A stretch of DNA of 64,000 nt, taken from NCBI GenBank assembly GCA_964234715.1, contig OZ174276.1. One strand, given 5' to 3'. Each line of letters opens with the position of its first letter. Position 1 is the stretch's first letter. This stretch comes from Podarcis melisellensis (Eukaryota). Of the stretch, positions 26,501 through 34,216 are shown one piece after another. Both the position numbers and the translations under genes were made by a program. Under the pieces are notes generated by a model. The model did not search any database. It worked only from the letters and a program-made list of their open reading frames with translations, and was not told where the DNA came from.

Positions 26501-29500
26501 TTAATTCATTGTGGGGGTTATAGGCCCCACATAAACTATAATCCACAGCATTCTCCTCTACAACCAAGGCTGATGTATACTTTTTGCCAAGTCTTGTGTC
26601 AGAACTCCCCTGTGGGTGAGATTCTGTTTGATGTTTGTCAGTAAGATCAATGTTAAGGAAAGGTCTGGGCAAAGTCTTGGTGATTGTTTTCATTGCTATA
26701 GTTTTTTTTTAAGCCTCTTATTTTCTGTTGGACTGCTACCATGAATTTTATAAGTGTGTTAACTTTATCAGGAAAATGCAACTCTTTTCTACTTGTTTTG
26801 TCTCATTAATGTATAAGGAATTTTGTTTTGTTTTTTGTTTTAAAAAAAGGTTTGGGACCAGAGGAAAACAAACTTACCTCATCTTGGTCATCGCGGCACA
26901 GTAACAGGCTCTGTTCTGCATACTGAAATGTCTGTTCCTTGTTCTTTGTTACTGCTTCCTTCATCCTGCTTTTTTTTTAAAAAAAATCTGTAGTCTAAAA
27001 TATATCTTCTTGGTCTCCTAATAAGGCTAATCTATCTAAACTGCTTTCCCATTTCCAGTGAAAGGTCAGCAGAGTAAGTTGATTGCTCCACCTAGTGGTT
27101 ACAAGGCAGACAGCAACCTTTTGGGAGATAGGACTCCCAGCAAGAATCCAGTTCTGCTCCTGCCATTGGTCGCTACTGCTCTCGCTGATCTTTCAGGTTT
27201 TCTCTCTGAATTTCTTCTGTGACAGAAAAGGAAAAAATTAGGAGTTAATAATAGTCCTCTTTCCCTGTGGCCATGTTCCCCTTTGTTTCCCTACACTCCC
27301 CTGAAGGAGTTGTGGTGATTGCTCCTTTAAAGAAGGCTGCTAAGGCAGAATGGGGGAATTCCCCAAAATATAAAAAGCTGTACCTATTGTGAATACATTT
27401 TACACCTTGGAAACTGAATTCACTGACTCCCTTAAAACCCCTAGCATGTATTGTCCTATTTCTCTCTTAGTTTCTGAAAATCTACTTCCCAGAGGTGGGG
27501 ATTCACAATTAAAGGACACCACTGAATGCAGATTGAACTATGCAATCCATAAAACACATGAAGCCCCCACCCTGCCCATTAGAGCAGCACGAACAGCCTC
27601 TGTTTTTATCTAAACATCTGTAAGATAAGCTCTTAGATGAGCTCTTAGACCCATCAAACCAGGATACAAGTTGCACATGTCAAACCCTACTAAAAATCCA
27701 TTGCTCAGCTGCCTTCATAGCAGATGCTACTATGGATACCTCTCAATGTGCTTCTTGAGCCCTTGTAGCAGATGTGGTCACCAGATGCACTTAATGCTCA
27801 AACACTGGGATGTAGACACTCTTATGTCAGCCTCTCCATCGCGTCATATGCAGGAGGCAAGCTTCTCAGGGAGGATGCCCTAAAGGACATCTTAGTCTAG
27901 ATGACAAGTGGAAGGTATTGCTAGCATACAAGACGGACAACAAGCGGCAGAATAGGCACCGTTCTCCACATTTCTACAATCAGTCCTTTTAGAACTACTG
28001 ACGAGTTCCTGGTCAGTTAAAAAAAAAAAGCCGTATCTCCCCAACTTATCACCTAATACATTTTGGAGAACTCTTGTACACCACCAAAAGCCTCATCTCC
28101 TTAGCCCTGGAAAGATTTCAGAAAGCAAATCTGCAGTACAGCCTTAGCCAGTGTGGTGTAGTGCTTAAGAGCGGTAGTCTCGTAATCTGGGGAACCGGGT
28201 TCGCGTCTCCGCTCCTCCACATGCAGCTGCTGGGTGACCTTGGGCTAGTCACACTTCTCTGAAGTCTCTCAGCCCCACTCACCTCACAGAGTGTTTGTTG
28301 TGGGGGAGGAAGGGAAAGGAGAATGTTAGCCGCTTTGAGACTCCTTAAAAGGAGTGAAAGGCGGGATATCAAATCCAAACTCCTCTTCTTCTCTTCTTAG
28401 CCCTCATTCACGCCAATATAATGGTGGTGGCACATGTCCTTGGCCTCTGCGTCTCAGCAACTCCTTGGGTGAAGCACCATGCTTGGCCCCTCCAGTGGGC
28501 CCTACTGCCATTTCCGAAAAACATTGCCCTCAGCAGGCGCCTTCACATCAGGCTGTCACCCCAGCTCCATCACAGCCTGCAATGGTGAACTGACCTAGTC
28601 ATCTTGAGGAGGGACTCCCCATTCCAGGACTCCCAGCAAATGATAATACCTTCAGATGCCAGACTCATCTGTTGGGGCACATTGCAGGGATCTCTCAGTC
28701 CAGGGCCAGTGGTCTGCAGCAGAATCCTCCATGAGCATCAACTGGCTGGAGCTTTGAGCCACCCACGTAGCCCTTCTGCACCTTGCACAACATCTCTCTC
28801 TCTGGAACATGTATGTACATCTGGACAAACAATACCAAAGCCAAATGAAACATCAACAGGCAAGGTTCAGCTTGATCCCCGAATCTGCAGCAAGAAACAA
28901 CCCTCCTCCTGGACTAGGCAGGGATCAAGATTCAATCAGTCACAACTACTGAACACATATACGGACTTAAGAACACTCGGACAAACCAGGCAGAGTGGAG
29001 CCTGAAGCCCCACTTGTTTTCCAACTACTCCAGCAAAGCTTCAGCCAATGCAAAATCAATCTCTCTATATCTAATAGGGATTGCCAACTTCCACAATTCT
29101 TCACCAGGTTTCACACCCCATCAGGCCTGGAGCACTCTGCTCTCCCCCTGGCCACAGGGTCAACTCTATGCTTTCCCTCCAACTCCCATACTCCCATGGG
29201 TCCTCAGGAAAATCAGGGAAGAAAAGGCAAGAGTGCCCCTCATCACTCGGTTCTGGCCACATTGTCCTTGGTTTCCGCAGGTACTGAGCCTAGCACTCTC
29301 CTCTCTGTGGCGACTCCCCCAACTACTGGACATGCTAGTTCAAGGTCTGATCCTTCACCCAGATCCTGCCTGGTTGCATCTGACTGCATGGTTTCTGACC
29401 AGAGATGGCTGACAGATGGATCTCACTCCAGACATCATAGATATTCTGCTGTACTGCGGAAAGTCTTTGACTCTACATATCTACCAATTCACCTGGAAAT

Positions 29501-32500
29501 CTTTCCTCCTGAGGTGCTCTACTGAAGGGTGTAAAGTCAATAACCCTGGTATCTACCATCTTAGAATTCCTTCAAGATGACCAGAGAAAAGGCCTGAAGC
29601 CCAGTGTGCTAAAACAACAGGCAGCGGTGGTCTCCTCCATTCTCTCAAGGCTGCACTCCCCTTCCTTCTCCTCTCACCCACTCCTGAAACACTTTCCCCA
29701 GGGAGCATCTCTTAAATGCCCTCTGACTTTCCATAGATTCGCCTCCAGGGAGCTTCACAGGGTTCTCTCTGTGCTTCAACACCCTCTTTTTTTTAACCTC
29801 TCAGCAAGGTGGCTCCTTTCTTTGAAAATGGTCTTCCTCATCACAATCACCTCAGCCTGCAGAGTCTCCAAGTTGAATGCTCTTTCTGTTGCCAAACACC
29901 TCTGTGTCTTCCATAGAAGCAGAGTAGTGCTAAGGACTGAGACCCCCAAGTGTCTCCTGCAGATTCCATCTCCGGAAGGAGATGGTGCTTCTCTCCTTCT
30001 GTCCATCCCTACTCCATCCTCTGGAAAAGGCCTGACATTCCCTGGACATCTGCAGAACCCTGAAGATTTACACTGGTGGAACTAAAGCCCATAGGCTAAC
30101 TGAAACCCTGTTTGTATCCTTCCACCCACCCTCAGCAGGCAGGAAGATGTCCTCTTCTACCCTTTCTAGGTGGATCAGGGCATGTATAGCGCTGGCCTAA
30201 GAGGTGCAGTGGTCTTCAGCACCCCATGGCTCACTCCACAAAAGCCACAGCAGCCAGGGCTATGTTTTCCTCTCCTGCTTTTCTACAGGAGACCTGCAGG
30301 GCAGCTACTTGGGCAGCACCCAGGACCTTCAAGCACTGCCACCTGGATGCCTACGCACCCTCAGACGCAGCTTTGGGCAGAAGGGCTCTGCAACAGGTCC
30401 TCCCGCTATGAAGCTGCACTCTCTCCTTAGAAAGATTAGCTGCTGTGTGTCCTGCTGACCCTTTCACTGGAAATGGGGGAAAGTACAGTTGTACCTACCT
30501 GAAAGGTAGCTTTCCATTTCTTGATGAAAGGCCAGCAGACCCTGCCCTAGTTGGTTTGGCTGCAGGATTCTTGTCATTAGCACAGTCACATTGTCATTAG
30601 GAGGTAGCATGTTTTTTTCTTCTTTCTATTCTTACACTCCTGGCTGTCGAGCTTGGCGAGTCTGCATGCTGGGAGTCCTACCTCCCAAAATGTTGCTGTT
30701 TGCCTTGTGACCACTAGGTGGAGCCATCGCCCCACTCTGCTGACCTTTCACTAGGAAATGGAAAAACTACACTTCAGGTAGGTACAACTCGTATTTTCTC
30801 GTGATCAAGAAGTGCACAGTTCTCTTACCACTCGCTGCCTTCAGAGCAGGACATAACCTAACAGCTTGGGGCCAGTCCCAAAACTCACTTGATTCAGTGA
30901 GTTTTAAAAGTCAGCCTTCAGTCCCATCAAATATTGCAGCATTACCCAAATTCAATCTGTTTCCATCCTTCAGCTGTTCCAGCAGCACCAAGCAGCTGGA
31001 GTCTGGACAGCGGAACCAGAGAGGCCTTGCCATTCCTGTCTACTCATGTTGGGAGCATCCTGGCCCCACCAGTACCTCCCCGAAGCCTGCCCCATGGTAA
31101 GGAAATGGCCAGTAGGTCTGCAGAAGAAATCCTGCACAAATGCCCAGTTAAACCATGTGAAAGCAAACAATGCCACCTGTTTGCCTTCTGAAAAATGAAG
31201 AAGGAGTAAAAGGAAGAGAAGGCTACACCAACTCTCTTGGCTGATGATTTCATAAATCTTTAAAAAACCAAAAAAAAGCAGTACTCTAAATGTGCTTTGA
31301 GACTGGAATTGGGCTTAAGAGTGATGTACACTAGCCCAGTGTCTTGCTAAAAGCTGTACAGTACAATTACATGCATGTTTACTCAGAAGTGAAGTAAGTC
31401 ACATTGAGTTCAATGGGACTTACTACAATTGCAGCCTAGGTTTAACAAATAAAACATTGAGCTCCAGTTATTGAAGATAAATTAAGGTTTCAGATATTTA
31501 ATGCTAAAGAGCCTGTTGTCTTGCCACGGGAGCCTTGATATGATAACTGTGTGTGTTACACTGTGTTGCTGCCTTCATTTGCTGTTTGTTGTTGTGTACA
31601 TTGAGTTACAATTTACCATGTAAAATAATTGGTTTCTAGGAAACTGACACTGCACTATCAGGACATATCTGTCTAACTAGCATCACAGGACATTTAAGAG
31701 TTGGAAATGCTATTTCTGACTTACTGCTCGCAGATAACTTTTTCCATTTATCTCATTTAAGGTCACTACTCGCTGCATTTTGATGCCTTCCATCACCATC
31801 TTAATGATGCCCCCCCAGCACTGCCTGCACGGACGCTACGTAAGGTAAAACTATATCTCAAATTGCAGAACCACCCTCTGATTCAGCCAGCATACTGAGA
31901 GCAATTCTGTAATCCACCTCTTTGTTTATTTATACTGATTTACTCTACTGTACGCCCTGTGATATTACCGGGAGATTTATCACCTTGCTAAACTTGATGA
32001 GGTGGGAAAGGGTGTTTCTCCTGCTTGCTTATTTAAAACAGTTAAAAGATCCTCAAGCTGTTATAGCAGTGTGTGGTAAGCCCGCATTTCCTGAGAGTTA
32101 GGGTACTCTGAAAGCAGCAAGGGGAGCCTTTTCAAAGCACTTTCCCTGATTGACTTTCAAAATGCTCTTCCTATTTAAGCATGGGTCTCATTTGAAAGCG
32201 TAGATCCATCCAGAGCCACCCTTTCCAAGCACTCTTCTGTACCTGCTCAAACAGGGAGAACAGAGTGCTTTGAAACCACATCTGTGCCAGCAGGAATTGC
32301 ACTTTCAAAGCACTCTTCTTGCTGCTTTGAGAATGGTCCATCCCCAAAGAAATATGGTCTTAATTCACACAGCTATGAGTACTCAAAAGGGTTTGTTTTT
32401 TTTAAGTTAAAGAAGCATTGGGAGGCCTCAGCTACTGCTTGAAAACTCTGAGGAAATTTTGCTCATCCACCCCATTTTCAGGGATTTCAGGAAACTGGCA

Positions 32501-34216
32501 GAATGTGCAGGTTGGTCTATGGTTGAGGGCAGTTAAAGTGTCTGGAGGTAAGGGTGGGGAAATGAAAACAGAAGGAATTGGCCTCCTTAATTCCCCAACA
32601 GCTATTGTATTCCGGAGGAAAGCTTCTGATTGGCAGGATGTGCTCTTTGAAGTTGTCCTCCCACACTGTTCACCTTACATCCGGCAGCTATATACAGTAA
32701 CAGAACAGCAACCAGCCTCAATCCTGAGCCCTTTAGTACTATAGCACAGCACAGGTTTTAGAAGGGCAGAAGTGAGAAGAAAAGTAGCCTCTTGCAAACC
32801 CCAGTACTAAAAGTTAAAAGTGGACATGGAGCGGCACGTGGTACCTGTAAAATCTGTTGCTATGTACATGCATTAATACTCAAAATATTCATCCTGCTCT
32901 TACTATGTGAAATAGTAATGATAGAGAGCTCAGCTGCACAATATGGATAGGGGTTGAAAATCTGTTCTAAATTGCATTGTTGCTGCAAATTAAAATTAAC
33001 TTTGGAAGTATATGTTTAGTAAGTGCTTTGATTTTGGAATATCTGAGTATACCAGGGTAGCAGACAATACTATGTAGGGGAGTATTTTATTTATTTTGTT
33101 TATTTTATATGCCAGCCTTCATCCGAGGATCGCAGGGCAATTTACAATATAAAAATACATAACTATAGGCTGTATTGGATACAGTGACTGATGCAAAGAA
33201 CAGGACTTCTATGTATTGATGGCAATTGTGTAGAAGAGGAAATTTTGATAGCTGCACCATCTTAAATACCCTACACTTTCTATAATTAAAGGCAGATGAA
33301 TCTTGCCCTCCTTCCTATCTGATCACTTTATTGTTGTAAATATCAAGAAGGCAAGAGTTAGCCACCACACAATTGCGATTATTTTGGTTCAGTTTAATTT
33401 CCCTGTACCTCAGGGTATTATTACACTGCGGGTGTTTCCATTTGGAAAGCTAGAGAAGGCAGAGTATACATATTTCCTAGCCATCAACTCTTCCCTTTTC
33501 TTGCGAGGAATCCTATTCGGAATAAGGGAATTTCCCTTTAAAAAAAGGAAACGACAGCTATGATATTTGTTTATATTTGAACACAAAATCTATAAAACAG
33601 TAATTAATGTTCTGTGATCGGTGTGGGACGAATTAACCACGGAAGTGCAGAAATATTTCTTTGTATGTTTTGACATACGTATGAATGCTCTGTGTCGTTT
33701 TTTAAACAGTCACCACTTCATCCGATTCCTGCATCACCCACAAGCCCCCAGTCTGGCCTGGATGGAAGCAACTCTACCCTCTCAGGCAGCGCAAGCAGTG
33801 GCGTCTCCTCGTTAAGTGAAAGTAACTTTGGGCATTCATCCGAGCCCCCGCCTCGAACAGACACTATGGATTCTGTCCCTAGCCAGGCGTGGAATACTGA
33901 TGAAGACTTAGAGACACCCTACCTTCCCGTCAGGTATAGTCTCTCAGAGCCTGATGTCCTGGAAACACTCAAATCCCAGCCGTGCCGAAGCCACTCTGCC
34001 CCATCGGGAGTCATTCCTCAGGACGCTGTGGACCCTCCAGCTCTACCCCCTAAACCATATCACTCCCGCCTTCCAAACATGGAAAACGAGGAGGGGATGA
34101 TCTTGGAAGAGGATGAAAAACACCGGGTGCTACATCGCAAAATTTCCCAGCCAACTAGCGGTGTGAAAGAGGAGCAAGCCAGAGTAGCGTGGGAGCATGG
34201 CATCAGTGAGCAGTAG
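228..34216 (+). CDS. DOCK3: Dedicator of cytokinesis 3 (Rac GEF), 3' part, multi-exon; 5' exons lie upstream of the window
   Basis: 20 GT-AG exons join in consistent phase into [36 protein letters not shown]...GVIDAAVNGGIARYQE...AWEHGISEQ*, matching the recalled human DOCK3 C-terminal half; synteny with MANF/RBM15B/DCAF1. Confidence 0.97.
810..938. mobile_element. Palindromic ~130-bp hAT-like MITE family copy
   Basis: CCCTCCAGATGTTG..GGACTACAACT core with inverted ATCTGGAGGG; related copies at ~20550, 40285, 47820, 48710, 56348, 57590, 58506. Confidence 0.75.
2260..2353 (+). CDS. DOCK3: DOCK3 exon ([31 protein letters not shown]), start of DHR-2
   Basis: cattag|AAC ... ACA G|gtaag. Confidence 0.95.
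3150..3298 (+). CDS. DOCK3: DOCK3 exon (EAAFTLLLYCELL...IIHYFNKGK)
   Basis: gacag|AG GCT ... GGG AAG|gtatg. Confidence 0.95.
3529..3615 (+). CDS. DOCK3: DOCK3 exon (SWEFGIPLCRELAIQYESLYDYQSLSWIR)
   Basis: tttcag|AGC ... CGG|gtagg; 87 nt. Confidence 0.95.
3934..4038 (+). CDS. DOCK3: DOCK3 exon (KMEATYYDNIMEQQRLEPEFFRVGFYGRKFPFFLR)
   Basis: cacag|AAA ... CGG|gtaaa; 105 nt. Confidence 0.95.
4275..4366 (+). repeat. L2-type 3' stem-loop with (AAT)n microsatellite tail
   Basis: ACTGCCCT-loop-AGGGCAGT then ~17 AAT units; similar tail at 24942-25012 (+) and ~33085-33150 (-). Confidence 0.75.
4725..4866 (+). CDS. DOCK3: DOCK3 exon (NKEYVCRGHDYERLEAF...ILQCDAQ), followed by U12-type donor
   Basis: tgtag|AAC ... 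CAG T|gtatccttt. Confidence 0.94.
4867..5960 (+). other. U12-type (minor spliceosome) GT-AG intron
   Basis: 5' site GTATCCTTT is the U12 consensus; TTCTTTGAC branch-like motif at ~5937-5945, about 15 nt before AG, with no polypyrimidine tract between. Confidence 0.88.
5961..6127 (+). CDS. DOCK3: DOCK3 exon (YLQIYAVTPIPD...GPKDKENEFK)
   Basis: ttgcag|AT TTG ... TTT AAG|gttga. Confidence 0.95.
7058..7144 (+). CDS. DOCK3: DOCK3 exon (SLWIERTTLTLTHSLPGISRWFEVERREL)
   Basis: ttgcag|AGT ... CTG|gtaac. Confidence 0.95.
7717..7896 (+). CDS. DOCK3: DOCK3 exon (VEVSPLENAI...GVIDAAVNGGIARYQE), DHR-2 nucleotide-sensor Val loop
   Basis: ttgcag|GTT ... GAG|gtaaa; 180 nt. Confidence 0.96.
9083..9166 (+). 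CDS. DOCK3: DOCK3 exon (AFFDRDYITTHPGDAEKITQLKELMHEQ)
   Basis: ccccag|GCT ... CAG|gtatc. Confidence 0.94.
10263..10321. repeat. (TTTC)n microsatellite
   Basis: Direct tandem repeat. Confidence 0.95.
10669..10861. mobile_element. hAT MITE
   Basis: TIRs TAGGGTTGCCATA / TATGGCAACTCTA; 8-bp TSD GTCTAGCT/GTCTAGCC. Confidence 0.85.
11149..11265 (+). CDS. DOCK3: DOCK3 exon (VHILGVGLAVHEKFVHPEMRPLHKKLIDQFQMMRSSLYH)
   Basis: aatag|GTA ... CAT|gtaag. Confidence 0.95.
12473..13226. mobile_element. Non-autonomous Tc1/mariner-pogo DNA transposon
   Basis: TIRs CCGTATTTTTCCGT.TATAAGAC / GTCTGATACACGGGAAAATACGG, with TA on both sides. Confidence 0.85.
13416..13537 (+). CDS. DOCK3: DOCK3 exon (ELPALDKLSPACSGTSTPR...IKLVHRH)
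   Basis: ttacag|GAG ... CAC AG|gtatt. Confidence 0.93.
13571..13693. mobile_element. hAT MITE
   Basis: TIRs TAAGGTTACCAGA / TCTGATAACCTTA; perfect 8-bp TSD TTCTATAC. Confidence 0.9.
15114..15249 (+). CDS. DOCK3: DOCK3 exon (PLNMLGTVRHSSSSLSSH...EDMYHMQ)
   Basis: ccgtag|C CCA ... CAG|gtacg. Confidence 0.93.
15310..15581. mobile_element. hAT MITE (GC-rich)
   Basis: CAGGGC...GCCCTG ends; perfect 8-bp TSD CATTTAAG. Confidence 0.88.
15630..15860 (+). mobile_element. Old MIR-like CORE-SINE
   Basis: TTAGGCAAGTCAC..CTCTCAGCCT..CATCTACAACATGAGAATAATAA core and AT-rich tail. Confidence 0.6.
15895..16530 (-). mobile_element. Probable solo LTR / LTR-like insertion
   Basis: Abrupt GC-rich block in an AT-rich intron, begins TGTTAG and ends CTAAGA, minus-strand AATAAA at ~16016-16021; no clear TSD. 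Confidence 0.45.
16565..16646 (+). CDS. DOCK3: DOCK3 exon (ASPSTSSLSSTHSAPSQMINSAPPSAR)
   Basis: ttcctag|GCC ... CGG G|gtaag. Confidence 0.93.
17466..17573 (+). repeat. LINE/SINE 3' stem-loop with (TTA)n microsatellite
   Basis: GCCCAGAGTGGCTGGGG..CAGCCAGATGGGC then (TTA)n. Confidence 0.7.
17590..17785 (+). mobile_element. Degenerate tRNA-derived SINE with CR1-like tail (Squam2-like)
   Basis: CTCAGTGTGGAACACATG head and CTGGGCTAGATAGA tail; related pieces at ~9795-9912 (+) and 46725-47340 (-, split by a DNA-transposon insertion). Confidence 0.5.
18761..18913 (+). CDS. DOCK3: Putative DOCK3 cassette exon, 51 codons (VLMKGAGLTTLEAEAL...CPGGTTSR)
   Basis: Long pyrimidine tract + tttag acceptor, AG|gtgag donor, 153 nt, phase 1-1, open in the DOCK3 frame. 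Confidence 0.65.
20021..20220. other. Assembly gap (200 N)
   Basis: Run of N. Confidence 1.
20296..20412 (+). mobile_element. 5'-truncated CR1 LINE 3' end
   Basis: GGGGTTGGACTCGATGGCC...TTCCAACTCTATGATTCTATGATT octamer tail. Confidence 0.85.
23318..23436 (+). CDS. DOCK3: DOCK3 exon (GSPSLPDKYRHNRE...AIMENGQ)
   Basis: ttacag|GC TCT ... CAG|gtaac. Confidence 0.94.
24369..24456 (+). CDS. DOCK3: DOCK3 exon (HPNFQRALLQQVIGPCKPCSDPNLSVAEK)
   Basis: tcttag|CAC ... AAA G|gtatt. Confidence 0.94.
24520..24860 (+). mobile_element. L2 LINE ORF2 3' remnant
   Basis: Degenerate LQL..NA.A.LLT...DLH..FKVLVLAYKAL motif. Confidence 0.65.
25393..25798. mobile_element. hAT non-autonomous element
   Basis: CAGGGGTGGCC...GGACATCCCTG ends; perfect 8-bp TSD CCATAGGC. 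Confidence 0.88.
27045..30796 (+). mobile_element. Degenerate DIRS1-like tyrosine-recombinase retrotransposon
   Basis: Left ITR 27045-~27142 inverted to right ITR ~30667-30796; ICR 30452-30538 complementary to both termini; TTT ends, no TSD; remnants of RNase H (~28810-28870), methyltransferase-like (LYAFPP) and YR (LKMVFLITITSACRVS; AHSTK..CRAATW). Confidence 0.92.
28146..28398 (+). mobile_element. tRNA-derived SINE (Squam3-like) nested in the DIRS element
   Basis: Box A TGGTGTAGTGC, box B GGTTCGCGTCTC, L2-like 3' stem-loop, (CTT)n tail. Confidence 0.85.
30974..31096 (+). CDS. DOCK3: DOCK3 cassette exon (AVPAAPSSWSLDSG...APPVPPRSLPH)
   Basis: cttcag|CT GTT ... CAT G|gtaag; 123 nt, phase 1-1; PSSWSLDSG and PPVPPR also occur in the paralogue DOCK4. 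Confidence 0.88.
31762..31844 (+). CDS. DOCK3: DOCK3 exon (GHYSLHFDAFHHHLNDAPPALPARTLRK)
   Basis: tttaag|GT CAC ... AAG|gtaaa. Confidence 0.94.
32065..32375. mobile_element. Old palindromic MITE
   Basis: ~85-bp imperfect inverted arms (AAAGCAGCAAG / CTTGCTGCTTT etc.). Confidence 0.55.
33710..34216 (+). CDS. DOCK3: DOCK3 last coding exon (SPLHPIPASPTSP...PPALPPKP...AWEHGISEQ*)
   Basis: aaacag|TCA CCA; TAG at 34214-34216. Confidence 0.96.
   Translation, partial: SPLHPIPASPTSPQSGLDGSNSTLSGSASSGVSSLSESNFGHSSEPPPRTDTMDSVPSQAWNTDEDLETPYLPVRYSLSEPDVLETLKSQPCRSHSAPSGVIPQDAVDPPALPPKPYHSRLPNMENEEGMILEEDEKHRVLHRKISQPTSGVKEEQARVAWEHGISEQ

Noticed and set aside
28146-28225. tRNA gene
   Set aside because: A/B boxes belong to a SINE head continuing into a SINE body and tail; the same applies to 60950-61030.
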